From positions 1-32,000 of the forward strand of contig CAYTET010000001.1 in NCBI GenBank assembly GCA_964436975.1: DNA of 32,000 bases, written 5' to 3'. The position numbers and the translations under genes were made by a program. Positions 1-9,563 of this stretch are shown in pieces. The first letter of the stretch is position 1. Each line of letters starts with the position of its first letter. The notes beneath the pieces were generated by a model that was not told the DNA's origin, made no database searches, and worked only from the letters and a program-made list of their open reading frames with translations. The DNA comes from an uncultured Erysipelotrichaceae bacterium (GTDB taxonomy: Bacteria; Bacillota_I; Bacilli_A; Erysipelotrichales; Erysipelotrichaceae).

Positions 1-1
1 T

Positions 2-1711
2 TTATTTTGTGTTACCCTCAACTCCCACTGAAACAGAATTAAACAGCGCCGTGGACAGGAAAATCTGGCCGTCGGTGATGGAAATGACATTAGTGGGAAT
101 ATAAGCTGAAATATCGCCGGCCTGGGTTTCCACGATTGGCAGAGCGGTCAAAGACCCGCCGCCCAATTCATCGGAAAGCTTGGCGCTGCGTTCCAGCAGA
201 CGGGAATGCAGATAGAAAACATCTCCGGGATAAGCCTCCCGTCCCGGCGGCCGGTGCAGCAACAGCGACAGGGTCCGGTAGGCAATGGCATGCTTGGACA
301 GGTCATCATAAACTATCAGGACATCTTTGCCCTGCTCCATCCATTCCTCGCCGATGGCACAGCCCGCATAGGGTGCCGCATACTGCAAAGCCGGCAGATC
401 AGCGGCCGAACTAACCACCACAGTGGTGTATTCCATGGCTCCGAACTGCTTCAGCTTTTCAACCAGCCGGGCCACCGTCGCGTTTTTCTGGCCGATGCTG
501 ACATAGATGCAGTAAACATTCTTATTCTTCTGATTGATGATGGTATCCACCGCAATGGCCGTTTTGCCGGTCTGGCGGTCGCCGATGATCAGCTCACGCT
601 GGCCCCGGCCGATAGGAATCATCGAGTCAATAATCTTCAGTCCCGTCAATAGCGGCTGTTTGACCGGCTGGCGGCTGATAACACCCGGCGCCAGTCTTTC
701 AATCGGTCTGCTCTTGCGAGTATCAATTTTGCCCAGGGCATCCAGCGGATGGCCCAAAGAGTCGACAACCCGGCCAATCAAAGCATCACCGACCGGAACT
801 TCCATAATCCGCTGGGTTGCCGTGACCGGCGATCCCTCGGTTATATTGTTGTCTTCATTCAGCAGAACAGCTCCGACATTGTCTTCTTCCAGGTTCATTA
901 CCATGGCACTGGCGCTGCCGACTTTCAGGATTTCACCGATCATCGCCTCGCGCAGGCCCTTGATATTGATGATGCTGTCAGAAATGCTGTAAACGTAGCC
1001 GGTGGTATTGGCCAGGGCATCGTCCAGCTCATTGCGGCTGTTCAGACCGTCCAGCTGCTGTTTTATCAGGGATGAAATATCCTTGGTATCCAGCGGGGTC
1101 TGGTAGTCATCCAGCTTCTGCTGAATCAGTTTGGTGATATCCGAGGACTCCAGGGGAGCCTGCTCGCCTATCCGCAGAAGGCTCTGCTTCAGCTGGTCCA
1201 GCTTATAGCGGTAGGAGCCGTCATAAGACTGGTTGTCAACAACGACTTTAATGCCGCCCAGCATCTTGGTATCGACTTTGCCCGTCAGCTGGACATTCTT
1301 GCCCAGCCGCTGGCTCATGGCCTGGCTGATCTGGGTTACCTGCTCAGCGGTCAGCGGACTGGCCGAATAGACCGTGCCGCGGCTGACCCGGCCGGCCTCG
1401 TCGCTTTCATTTAAAAATTCCTTCAGCGTCTTGCCGGGGATTTCCGGGTGCTGCATATCAGCACTGTCGCTGATGACATCCAGAAAGGCATCAATAAAAT
1501 CAGCATCCAGCTGCTGCTTGAATACCTGATTGATGACATTAGTTTTTTCGCTTTTGGAAATGCGCGGGTTGCACAGATACCAGTTCAGATCTTCCGACGT
1601 CTTTAACGTATCAGCCAGGGCATTGGCCCCGACCCGGTACGGAGTGGTTTTTTTCTGATCGGCAGCGCGTTTCAGCATCACCAAAGCGTTGTGTTGCGTT
1701 ACCGTACTCAT
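2..1711 (-). CDS. atpH-atpA: Fused F1F0 ATP synthase delta subunit - alpha subunit (AtpH-AtpA), runs off left edge
   Basis: One uninterrupted ORF. Residues 1-~180 end with a delta-type C-terminus ([35 protein letters not shown]). From ~191 it is alpha-like ([15 protein letters not shown]...), with alpha P-loop GDRQTGKT and [18 protein letters not shown]. No ATG at the junction. Confidence 0.93.
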   Translation of the reverse strand: MSTVTQHNALVMLKRAADQKKTTPYRVGANALADTLKTSEDLNWYLCNPRISKSEKTNVINQVFKQQLDADFIDAFLDVISDSADMQHPEIPGKTLKEFLNESDEAGRVSRGTVYSASPLTAEQVTQISQAMSQRLGKNVQLTGKVDTKMLGGIKVVVDNQSYDGSYRYKLDQLKQSLLRIGEQAPLESSDITKLIQQKLDDYQTPLDTKDISSLIKQQLDGLNSRNELDDALANTTGYVYSISDSIINIKGLREAMIGEILKVGSASAMVMNLEEDNVGAVLLNEDNNITEGSPVTATQRIMEVPVGDALIGRVVDSLGHPLDALGKIDTRKSRPIERLAPGVISRQPVKQPLLTGLKIIDSMIPIGRGQRELIIGDRQTGKTAIAVDTIINQKNKNVYCIYVSIGQKNATVARLVEKLKQFGAMEYTTVVVSSAADLPALQYAAPYAGCAIGEEWMEQGKDVLIVYDDLSKHAIAYRTLSLLLHRPPGREAYPGDVFYLHSRLLERSAKLSDELGGGSLTALPIVETQAGDISAYIPTNVISITDGQIFLSTALFNSVSVGVEGNTK

Positions 1712-2229
1712 TTTTTCATTACTTCCTTAACAAAGTCCTCAACCGCCTGTTTCTGGCCGACGGCGCCTTCGTCAGTGGTCTTCTGCTTCAATACTTTAGC
1801 GGAAGCTTCCATGGCGACATCTACAATATCGTTATACATATCGGCCCGCATCTGCTGCTTCTGGGCGTCAATATCCTGCATGGCCTTATCCATAGCCAGT
1901 TTGGCCTGGCTGCGGCCTTCGCTGATCAGTTCGTCTTTAACTTTCTGCCCCTCAATTTTGCCTTCTTCGATATAGGCATGGGCCTGTAAGGCGGCCTGCT
2001 CGCTGTCAGCCTTGCTCTGCTGCTGCAGACGGGCTGTCTCTTCTTTCATCTTAACGGCATCATCCAGCTGCTGCTGCTCAAAATCGGCTCTTTTGGTCAG
2101 AATCTGCTTGACCGGTTTCCAGGCCAGTTTCTTCATGACAAAGAAAAGAACAGCGGTTGCACATAACTGGGTGACAAACGTCAGGAAGTTAGGAATCAGT
2201 TTTTCCAGAACATCCAGAGTAATATGCAT
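1708..2229 (-). CDS. atpF: F0F1 ATP synthase subunit b
   Basis: N-terminal TM helix then long charged coiled-coil helix; operon position; 4-nt ATGA overlap with atpH-A start. Confidence 0.9.
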   Translation of the reverse strand: MHITLDVLEKLIPNFLTFVTQLCATAVLFFVMKKLAWKPVKQILTKRADFEQQQLDDAVKMKEETARLQQQSKADSEQAALQAHAYIEEGKIEGQKVKDELISEGRSQAKLAMDKAMQDIDAQKQQMRADMYNDIVDVAMEASAKVLKQKTTDEGAVGQKQAVEDFVKEVMKK

Positions 2230-2238
2230 GATTAATCC

Positions 2239-2469
2239 TTACTGTCCTAAAACGAAGATGATCAGAAAGGAAACCAGCATGCCGTAAATAGCGCAGGTCT
2301 CTGAGATAGCCGCGCCGACAATGGCCATTGACCGTATTTTATCGGTCGCATCCGGATTCTTGCCGATAGACTCAACAGCCTGCCGGGCGACACCGGCTTC
2401 GCCGATAGCCGTCAGCATGCCGGTCATAACCGCTAAAGCGGCTCCGATTGCAACTAAACCTTTTTCCAT
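2239..2469 (-). CDS. atpE: F0F1 ATP synthase subunit c; likely start is the internal ATG of the 2239..2490 ORF (MEKGLVAIGAAL...)
   Basis: Two-helix proteolipid, GEAGVARQAVESIGKNPDA loop region, ISETCAIYG ion-binding segment. Confidence 0.93.
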   Translation of the reverse strand: MEKGLVAIGAALAVMTGMLTAIGEAGVARQAVESIGKNPDATDKIRSMAIVGAAISETCAIYGMLVSFLIIFVLGQ

Positions 2470-2486
2470 GTTTTTAATTCTCCTTT

Positions 2487-3173
2487 TCAACTTTCTTTGG
2501 GCAACGCGTTGCCAATAAAGGTAATAGACAAAGTTATGAAGATATAAACCTGCATCACTCCGGCAAACAGATCAAAGTAGAAATGCAGGGCCGGAGCTAC
2601 CACAATGCCGACAATATTGAAATTGCCGATAAGCGGTATCTTGGAGGAGATCAGGGCCATCATCTGATAGATGATTTCCATGATCAGCGAGCCGGACAGG
2701 ATATTACCGAACAGACGCAGTGACAATGACGCCCATGTCGACAGCTTATCAATAATGTTCAAAGCCAGAAACGGCGCCATCGGCTCGCACAAGCTCTTGA
2801 AATAAGCCTTGAAGCCCACCGCTCTGATACCATAAACTTCAATCATGACAACCGTAACCGTAGCTAGCGCCAGGGTTACCGAGAAGTTGGCCGTTGGGCA
2901 CTCCAGGGCAAACAGACCAGCGATGTTACATAAGAATATATAGACGGCAACTGAACCGAAATAAGGTCCCAGCTGGTCGGTCACTTTCTTATTTTTGGTT
3001 TCCTGCATCAGCATGCCATCGATGAACTGAACCAGTATCATCGTCAGCAGCACAACACCTTTGGGTTTAGATAAAGGATCAAACTTTTTAAGCTTTGAAT
3101 TGATATACAGCAGTAACAAGATGATTAAAACCGTAATCAGAAGAATATACCAGACTGTGCTTTGCACTACCAT
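2487..3173 (-). CDS. atpB: F0F1 ATP synthase subunit a
   Basis: SLSLRLFGNILSG motif with conserved Arg, multiple TM segments, operon position. Confidence 0.93.
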   Translation of the reverse strand: MVVQSTVWYILLITVLIILLLLYINSKLKKFDPLSKPKGVVLLTMILVQFIDGMLMQETKNKKVTDQLGPYFGSVAVYIFLCNIAGLFALECPTANFSVTLALATVTVVMIEVYGIRAVGFKAYFKSLCEPMAPFLALNIIDKLSTWASLSLRLFGNILSGSLIMEIIYQMMALISSKIPLIGNFNIVGIVVAPALHFYFDLFAGVMQVYIFITLSITFIGNALPKES

Positions 3174-3187
3174 AACGTCACCTCCCT

Positions 3188-3529
3188 TCAGCCTTTTTTG
3201 ATGGCGGCATCAATGATTGTAACAATCTTGAAGGCCATCAATCCGCCGAAAATGCCGAAAATATTGACATAATCAGGCCACACAGCGCCAATTGCCAAAG
3301 CCACTGCGAATACCAATAATCTTACCATTCTAGCCAAAGTTGTCAATAATTTCGGGCCGGGACCGCCGGCAATCTGATCATCGATGTCTTTGGTCAGCAG
3401 CAGCATGTACACCGCAAAGAAAGCCGTGCCTGTGATTATGCCGGCCGCCACCGGAACAGAAAAGAAAAAAGCGATGGCCGCCGCCGCCAGTGCCGCAATT
3501 ACAGAGATACGGTAAGTAGGGGTGTCCAT
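3188..3529 (-). CDS. atpI: AtpI-like ATP synthase accessory membrane protein
   Basis: Four hydrophobic segments, directly upstream of atpB in the ATP synthase operon. Confidence 0.65.
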   Translation of the reverse strand: MDTPTYRISVIAALAAAAIAFFFSVPVAAGIITGTAFFAVYMLLLTKDIDDQIAGGPGPKLLTTLARMVRLLVFAVALAIGAVWPDYVNIFGIFGGLMAFKIVTIIDAAIKKG

Positions 3530-3550
3530 CGCTAATTCCTCCTGATCTGT

Positions 3551-4171
3551 TTACTTGGTTCCGAAAATACGGTCGCCGGCATCACCCAGCCCCGGAACGA
3601 TATAGCCAATCTCATTGAGATGGTCATCCTTGGCAGCCAGGTAGATATCCACATCCGGATGCGCCTGCTGCACAACATCTATGCCCTGCTGAACGCCGAC
3701 CAGACAGACCATTTTAATGGTCTTGGCGCCATGCTTCTTAACAACATCAATGGCCGCCTTGGCACTGCCGCCGGTGGCCAGCATCGGATCCAGAATCATG
3801 ACAATGGCCTTGTCCAGATCCTTGGGGAACTTGGCATAGTATTCATGCGGCTCCAGAGTCTTCTCATCGCGGTACAGGCCGACATGACCGACTTTGGCTG
3901 TCGGAATCAGATTCTGAATGCCGCCGACCATGCCTAAGCCGGCTCTTAAAATCGGCACCAGGACAACCGGCTTATCCAGTTCATAGCCCGTGCACCCTCC
4001 CATCGGAGTGGTGATTTCAACCGGCCGCAGAGGCAGATCCTTGCTGATCTCATAAGCCATCAGGCTGGCGATCTCATCCAGATTCTGCCGGAAATCCTTG
4101 GTTCCGGTTTCAACCTTTCTCATCGTAGTCAGCTTGTGGATAATCAGCGGGTGATTCAATACGTTTACCAT
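3551..4171 (-). CDS. upp: Uracil phosphoribosyltransferase
   Basis: [19 protein letters not shown]..., [31 protein letters not shown] motif. Confidence 0.97.
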   Translation of the reverse strand: MVNVLNHPLIIHKLTTMRKVETGTKDFRQNLDEIASLMAYEISKDLPLRPVEITTPMGGCTGYELDKPVVLVPILRAGLGMVGGIQNLIPTAKVGHVGLYRDEKTLEPHEYYAKFPKDLDKAIVMILDPMLATGGSAKAAIDVVKKHGAKTIKMVCLVGVQQGIDVVQQAHPDVDIYLAAKDDHLNEIGYIVPGLGDAGDRIFGTK

Positions 4172-4188
4172 TTCAATGTTCCTCCCAT

Positions 4189-5412
4189 TTATTTATAAAG
4201 CGGCAGCCGGTCGGTCAATTCGCTGACCTGCTGGCGCACTTTATCTAAAGTCTGGCTGTCCTGGCCGTTTTTCAGAACCGTTCCAATCCAACTGCCGATA
4301 GCGGCAAAGTCATTTTCATCGCAGCCTCTGGTCGTCATGGCCGGAGTGCCCAGTCTGATTCCCGAAGTCTGCATCGGCTTTTCCTGGTCAAAGGGAATGG
4401 TGTTCTTATTGACGGTAATGCCGACGCTGTCCAGCAGCGTCTCGACCTGCCGGCCGGTCAGGCCGGTGCTGGCTTTGACGTCAACCAGAACCAGGTGGTT
4501 GTCGCTGCCCCCGCTGACCAGACGGAAACCCTGCTGTTTTAATGAAGCGCACAGGGCCTGGCAGTTGGCCAGAACCTGTTTCTGGTAAGCAATGAATTCA
4601 GGCTGGGCGGCTTCATAGAAGCAGACCGCTTTAGCCGCAATGATATGCTCCAGCGGACCGCCCTGCACTCCGGGAAAAACCGCCCGGTCCAAATCTTTGG
4701 CATATTTTTCCTGGCACAGAATGGCGCCGCCGCGCGGACCCCGCAGCGTCTTATGGGTCGTAGTGGTCACAAAATCAGCCGTCAGGCAGGGATTGGGATG
4801 CAGACCGGCCGCAATCAGGCCGGCCACATGGGCCATATCCACCATCATGTAGGCCCCGCAGGCATCGCAGATCTGTCTGATCCGGTCATAGTCAATGAAG
4901 CGGGAATAGGCACTGGCTCCGGCCACAATCATTTTGGGCTGGTAGGCCATGGCCTTGTCATACAGGGCATCATAATCAATCCGTTCGGTTTCAGGATCAA
5001 CGCCGTAGGCTTCAAACCGGTACAGCTTGCCGGAGAAAGACAGCGGATGGCCGTGGGTCAGATGACCGCCGGCGGTCAAATCCATGCCGAGCACCTTATC
5101 ACCCGGCTGCAGAACCGTAAAGTAAACCGCCATATTGGCCTGGGAACCGGAATGAGGCTGGACATTGGCATGGTCCGCCTTGAAAAGAGCGGCCAGCCGC
5201 TGGCGGGCAATCTCTTCGACCGTGTCAACATTGACACAGCCGCCATAGTACCGGTGGTTCGGATAGCCTTCGGCATACTTGTTAGTCAGAACCGAGCCCA
5301 TTGCTTCCCGGATTTCATCAGATACATAGTTTTCCGAGGCAATCAGTTCGATGTTGTGCTGCTGCCGCTGCTGTTCGGCATTAATGGCGGCGGCGATTTG
5401 GGGATCTTTCAT
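4189..5412 (-). CDS. glyA: Serine hydroxymethyltransferase
   Basis: [42 protein letters not shown]-lysine motif. Confidence 0.98.
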   Translation of the reverse strand: MKDPQIAAAINAEQQRQQHNIELIASENYVSDEIREAMGSVLTNKYAEGYPNHRYYGGCVNVDTVEEIARQRLAALFKADHANVQPHSGSQANMAVYFTVLQPGDKVLGMDLTAGGHLTHGHPLSFSGKLYRFEAYGVDPETERIDYDALYDKAMAYQPKMIVAGASAYSRFIDYDRIRQICDACGAYMMVDMAHVAGLIAAGLHPNPCLTADFVTTTTHKTLRGPRGGAILCQEKYAKDLDRAVFPGVQGGPLEHIIAAKAVCFYEAAQPEFIAYQKQVLANCQALCASLKQQGFRLVSGGSDNHLVLVDVKASTGLTGRQVETLLDSVGITVNKNTIPFDQEKPMQTSGIRLGTPAMTTRGCDENDFAAIGSWIGTVLKNGQDSQTLDKVRQQVSELTDRLPLYK

Positions 5413-6014
5413 TCGGCCAGCTCCTTTTCTATTTCAGCCAGACTGATCTGGCCTTCTCTTAAACAGACTAATTTTTCTTTGGTGCAATCAATTACTGTTG
5501 AGGCCACATGGGAAAAGCTGGATCCGGTGACGACAGCCGCAATCCGGCCGTCCAGCTGGGCCAGCACCTGTTCATCGGTGTTAGCGGCAGGATGATCGGA
5601 CAGATTGGCACTGGTCACAAACATCGGACCGGTCAGCCGCAGAAGGGCTAATACAAAATCGTCATCAGGGATCCGGATGCCAACGGTTTTGAAACCATTG
5701 ACACTTTCATCACTGATGACGTCTTTCTTATTCAGTACAACGGTTAAAGCCCCGGGCATAAAACGAGCCGCTATGGCAGCGGTACGTGAATCAACAGCGG
5801 CCACTTCTGCCATCTGACTGACATCGGCAACCATTAAGGGAAAAGGTTTGTGGGGATCGCGTCCCTTGGCCTGCCGCATCAGCTCAACAGCCGCCAGATC
5901 ATCATAGCGGACCCCGATGCCGTAAACCGTATCGGTGGGAAAAGCGACAACCTGACCGCTGATAATTAAAGAAGCGGCCTTTTGGATCTCTTCTCTGCTC
6001 AGCACCAGTGTCAT
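5409..6014 (-). CDS. L-threonylcarbamoyladenylate synthase, Sua5/YwlC/YrdC family; probable start [11 protein letters not shown] inside the longer ORF 5409..6074
   Basis: [37 protein letters not shown] motifs; ATGA overlap with glyA. Confidence 0.9.
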   Translation of the reverse strand: MTLVLSREEIQKAASLIISGQVVAFPTDTVYGIGVRYDDLAAVELMRQAKGRDPHKPFPLMVADVSQMAEVAAVDSRTAAIAARFMPGALTVVLNKKDVISDESVNGFKTVGIRIPDDDFVLALLRLTGPMFVTSANLSDHPAANTDEQVLAQLDGRIAAVVTGSSFSHVASTVIDCTKEKLVCLREGQISLAEIEKELAE

Positions 6015-6094
6015 GATTCTCACCCCTTGCTCGCCTAATATCATAGCACAGATTAAGGTAAACTGATGTATCAATCCGCAAATTGAAACGGGTT

Positions 6095-7189
6095 CTATTC
6101 CTGGGCCTGGGCAATGCTCTGGCGCAGGATCCGCATAATGGTGGCGGCGCCGGCGCGATTGGGATTGATGCGGATCATTCGCTTCTTTAAAGACGGATCC
6201 ATCTTCAGGAAAGTGCCGCTGACCTTATAGAACATCGGAGCCAGCTCATATTTGGATTCGGCGCCCACCGGATTGGGCAGGGCGCCTAATTCAGCCGCCC
6301 GGGCTAAAACCGCCTCGGCGATATCATCTTTAAATTCCACCAGCAGAACCTTGGACTGGCTGTTGGCCAGAAAAGCGTCCTTGATCTGGGGAATGGCCGC
6401 CGCCTTAAGCTCTTTGACCAGCTTCTCATTCTGCTCGGCCTGCACTGCCAGCAGAACCGGAGCACTGACCAGACCGCGCAGAACTTCCATTGCCTGCCAG
6501 CCCTGGACTTTAGAACCGCCGGAGTAATTCATTTTATCAATGCGTTCAATAATATCCTTTCGGCCCACAACAATGCCGACTCCCTCCGGTCCCAGCAGTT
6601 TAAAGGATGAAAAGGCAGAGATGTCAGCACCGCATTCAACGCCGATTTTTTCAACCTTCATCACGGCATAGTTGTCATCAACGATGACCGGAATGTTTTT
6701 TTCCGCCTTGATCGTCTTTATGACATCGGCCAGCTGATAGCTGTCAGAGGGAACCTGACGGGTGTGCTGCAGAAGGACTACATCGATATTGTTGCTCTTA
6801 AGCGCCGCCGTGATACTGGCAGCTTGATTGAAATCGGCCCGGACAATCCGCAGATTCAAGCCCTGCAGTGTGGTTTCACTGCTGGGGTAGATGGGTGCCT
6901 GGTGAACCAGGATAGTGCTGTTGGGCTTAACCGCTCCCATCAAGGCCCACCGGATAGCTCCGGTGCCGGCTCCGGTCACCAGCTGGCAGGCCTGACTGCC
7001 GAAGAAAGCCGCAATGACCCGCTCCGCCTTGGCGGCCGTCTGCGGCTTGTTGATTCCGGCTGTACAGCCCAAATCACCCAGGCTGAGTGACGCGGCGCCC
7101 GCAAATTCTTTTGTGATGCAGTCAACCAGGGCGAACTGCTTTTCTTCCGCCTGGGTCAGGGAGATGCTGTGTAAAGGATAAGTCTTCAT
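6095..7189 (-). CDS. yhfS: YhfS-like PLP-dependent aminotransferase-fold protein
   Basis: PLP-lysine segment SAFSSFKLLGPEGVG, DDNYAV; same order and strand as yhfT/yhfU. Confidence 0.8.
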   Translation of the reverse strand: MKTYPLHSISLTQAEEKQFALVDCITKEFAGAASLSLGDLGCTAGINKPQTAAKAERVIAAFFGSQACQLVTGAGTGAIRWALMGAVKPNSTILVHQAPIYPSSETTLQGLNLRIVRADFNQAASITAALKSNNIDVVLLQHTRQVPSDSYQLADVIKTIKAEKNIPVIVDDNYAVMKVEKIGVECGADISAFSSFKLLGPEGVGIVVGRKDIIERIDKMNYSGGSKVQGWQAMEVLRGLVSAPVLLAVQAEQNEKLVKELKAAAIPQIKDAFLANSQSKVLLVEFKDDIAEAVLARAAELGALPNPVGAESKYELAPMFYKVSGTFLKMDPSLKKRMIRINPNRAGAATIMRILRQSIAQAQE

Positions 7190-7234
7190 AACGATCTTTC
7201 TCCTGTCTTTTTATACGATACCGATAAAAGGAAA

Positions 7235-7291
7235 CGGACGTCAATCCTTTTAGATACATCATCGTATCCGCCGAATCAGAATTGACGTCCG
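7235..7291 (-). repeat. Perfect 11-bp inverted repeat with nested 5-bp stem between yhfT and yhfS
   Basis: CGGACGTCAAT (7235-7245) ... ATTGACGTCCG (7281-7291), inner GATAC-atcatc-GTATC (7253-7268). Confidence 0.8.
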
Positions 7292-7325
7292 CTGCTAATA
7301 TCAGGAAATGATAATCAGATTACGG

Positions 7326-8609
7326 CTAGGCTACAGTATACAGGCCGACTAAAGCCAGTATATTGATGACAACGCCGACAATGATCATTGCAATCGGGCC
7401 GACGGCCAGACGGGTAATCGGCTTTTTGAAATACTCATTCATGACAAAGAAGGCCGAGACAATCAGGAAGCCATAGCCGGGAGCCATGCCTTCGGCAGCA
7501 TACATGGAGCCGACCAGCAGAGCAACTTCCAGCAGTTTTGTCATCGCAACCCGCATATCATCACCCAGCTTCTTGAAAGCCGGGAACTTGTCAAACAGCT
7601 TGGCAATCCAGACCAGACCGAAAGCTTCCAGCGACATGGTCAGAGCACCCAGAATGGCGGCCACAATGGCATTGGGAGCCAGCAGACCGACCGTGGCCGT
7701 AAAGCCGATACCGTCAGTAACAAAGGTTCCGGTCATGATGCTTGTTAAACCCTTCAGAGGAATAAAACTGAGCGCCCGGGCGATCGTAATGGGAATAGCC
7801 GAACTGATGTTGCCTTCACCTACGGCAATCAGCGACTGCGGGCCTTCCATCAGCAGACCGATATTGCAGGCCACGCCGTAAATGGCGCCCATCGCGGCAA
7901 TCCAGCCGATATTCTTGCGGATGTTGCCGATGCGGTCAGCAAAAACAGTGGAAAGATTGGTGCTCTTCTGACTCTTGTCGAGACCGGCAAAAATCATAAC
8001 AATAATCAGACCGGCCAGCATGGTGATGCCATCGGCGATGCCGGAATTGACAATTTCCATGATGGATCTGATTAATACCACAATGCCTAATGAGCCAAGT
8101 CCCTTCTTCCAGCCGTAATCCATAGCGATAACCACGCACGGGAAGACGCTGAAGCAGGCGATGACAGGATTGGAAATCTCCTGCCAGGAATTGAAGATGT
8201 TGACCGGCAGTTTGGCCGCCAGATCAACTACGGACTGCAGGCCGCTCAGCAGCAGAACGCCATAAACGCCGCCGGCTAAAGCTGCCAGCAGGGAGAACAG
8301 CAGACTCTTGTTGTTCTTATACCATTTGTCACTCATGTCAGCCGGGAAGGCAATGCCGATGATATCGGTGCCCAGCCACAGGCAGTGGACCAGAATGATG
8401 CTGTACATCAGCGAATACGGAATACCGAAACCGATAACCAGACCAAAACTCAAGCCAAACGTCGTGGCCAAAAATTCACCGTGTTTCAACCGCCCCTCGC
8501 GGTACTCCGGTACAATCGGCCTGACTGCATCGTTGAAGACAGCGATGCCGCGGTTAGCTTCGAAGGCGCCCATGGCACCCGCTAAAAAGATAATAATATA
8601 ACGTAGCAT
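7326..8609 (-). CDS. yhfT: YhfT-like polytopic inner-membrane protein
   Basis: 427 aa, about 11-12 hydrophobic segments, position between yhfS and yhfU homologues. Confidence 0.78.
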   Translation of the reverse strand: MLRYIIIFLAGAMGAFEANRGIAVFNDAVRPIVPEYREGRLKHGEFLATTFGLSFGLVIGFGIPYSLMYSIILVHCLWLGTDIIGIAFPADMSDKWYKNNKSLLFSLLAALAGGVYGVLLLSGLQSVVDLAAKLPVNIFNSWQEISNPVIACFSVFPCVVIAMDYGWKKGLGSLGIVVLIRSIMEIVNSGIADGITMLAGLIIVMIFAGLDKSQKSTNLSTVFADRIGNIRKNIGWIAAMGAIYGVACNIGLLMEGPQSLIAVGEGNISSAIPITIARALSFIPLKGLTSIMTGTFVTDGIGFTATVGLLAPNAIVAAILGALTMSLEAFGLVWIAKLFDKFPAFKKLGDDMRVAMTKLLEVALLVGSMYAAEGMAPGYGFLIVSAFFVMNEYFKKPITRLAVGPIAMIIVGVVINILALVGLYTVA

Positions 8610-8664
8610 ATTGTTAATCCCCTTTTCTTTTTTCCTGCTTTATGATTTCCTGCCGCCCAATGTC

Positions 8665-9045
8665 TCAGCCGGTCACCTCCGCATCCTTTTCCAGATAATG
8701 ATTGATGATGACGGGTACGACCCGCTTTATATCTTCAGGCACCATGCCAAAGGCCTGCTTGCCCTCATCAATTCCCTTGCATATTTCTTCTTCGCCAAGC
8801 ATCCGTCCCGGCATGCTGACGGTCAGGCATTTACCGTAGCCGATGATGGCAATGGCCATCGCCAGCGCTCCGCCGCCGCCGGTATCGCAGGCTCCCAGAT
8901 ACAGATCTGCGGTGCCGCTTTTAATCTCCATGGCCGCTTCAATATCGCCCATTACCCGGCATTCAATCCGGCCGGCGGCTGTTTCTTCGGCGGCTTTCAA
9001 AATCTCTTCCTTGGCCAGCTGGCCTCCAATAACGATTTTCAGCAT
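8665..9045 (-). CDS. yhfU: YhfU-like protein (DUF2620 type); probable start MLKIVIGGQ inside longer ORF 8665..9081
   Basis: Small glycine-rich protein YLGACDTGGGGALAMAIAIIG; operon context. Confidence 0.75.
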   Translation of the reverse strand: MLKIVIGGQLAKEEILKAAEETAAGRIECRVMGDIEAAMEIKSGTADLYLGACDTGGGGALAMAIAIIGYGKCLTVSMPGRMLGEEEICKGIDEGKQAFGMVPEDIKRVVPVIINHYLEKDAEVTG

Positions 9046-9053
9046 TGTCTGTT

Positions 9054-9401
9054 TCAGCCCTCCCTGTTCATCAGATTGCACAGATGCATGATCATAAACT
9101 GCTTCTCACTTTCCGGAAAAACCACCGGCGCCGGCTGGCTGATCTGTTCAAACAGCACGGCCGCATTCTGGTAATATGGCGATCTGACAACCTGCTGCCA
9201 GATATCAGCACCCAGCTGACCGGCCGGCTCATTGTTTTTTATCCGCTGGCTGGCCATGGCCAGGTGGGTGGTGAATACTTCCATTTTGCGCTGGTCATAA
9301 TCCGCGGCAGTCAAAAAATCAATGATCTGATTGGTATACTCCGCCACATCATCATCGATAACCCCGGCCGTCTGAAGAAGTTTAACGCGCTGTTTCAGCA
9401 T
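9054..9401 (-). CDS. yhfY: PRD-domain protein, YhfY-like; start uncertain (ATG at 9401 or TTG at 9410; the ORF track start at 9509 falls in a terminator)
   Basis: MLKQRVKLLQTAGVIDDDVAEYTNQIIDFL ... HLAMASQRIKNNE, typical PRD His region. Confidence 0.65.
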   Translation of the reverse strand: MLKQRVKLLQTAGVIDDDVAEYTNQIIDFLTAADYDQRKMEVFTTHLAMASQRIKNNEPAGQLGADIWQQVVRSPYYQNAAVLFEQISQPAPVVFPESEKQFMIMHLCNLMNREG

Positions 9402-9494
9402 AATATTCAAAATTTTGTATATTGTTCCTGCCCTTATAATAGTTTGCCCGGGCTGACTTGTCAATGCCTTGAAAAAATAAAGCGCCCCTGACCG

Positions 9495-9516
9495 CAAAAA
9501 AACGCCCAAAGGCGTT
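9495..9516 (-). terminator. Rho-independent terminator downstream of yhfZ
   Basis: Minus strand AACGCC-tttg-GGCGTT followed by T tract (plus strand A8 at 9495-9502). Confidence 0.7.
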
Positions 9517-9563
9517 TAGCAACAGGCAGCAGCTCCCGACCGGCCGGCTGGGCGCTGATTATT

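Noticed and set aside
206-1075. Plus-strand ORFs of 108-152 aa opposite the ATP synthase fusion gene
   Set aside because: Antisense shadows of a conserved gene, no RBS or motif support
4645-5595. 316-aa plus-strand ORF antisense to glyA and Sua5
   Set aside because: Entirely opposite to strongly supported conserved genes; low-complexity translation without family motifs; expected from codon bias in GC-rich genes
9402-9509. Extended N-terminus MGVFLRSGALYFF... of the PRD protein
   Set aside because: The start codon lies inside a terminator hairpin; PRD homology starts only near MLKQRVKLL
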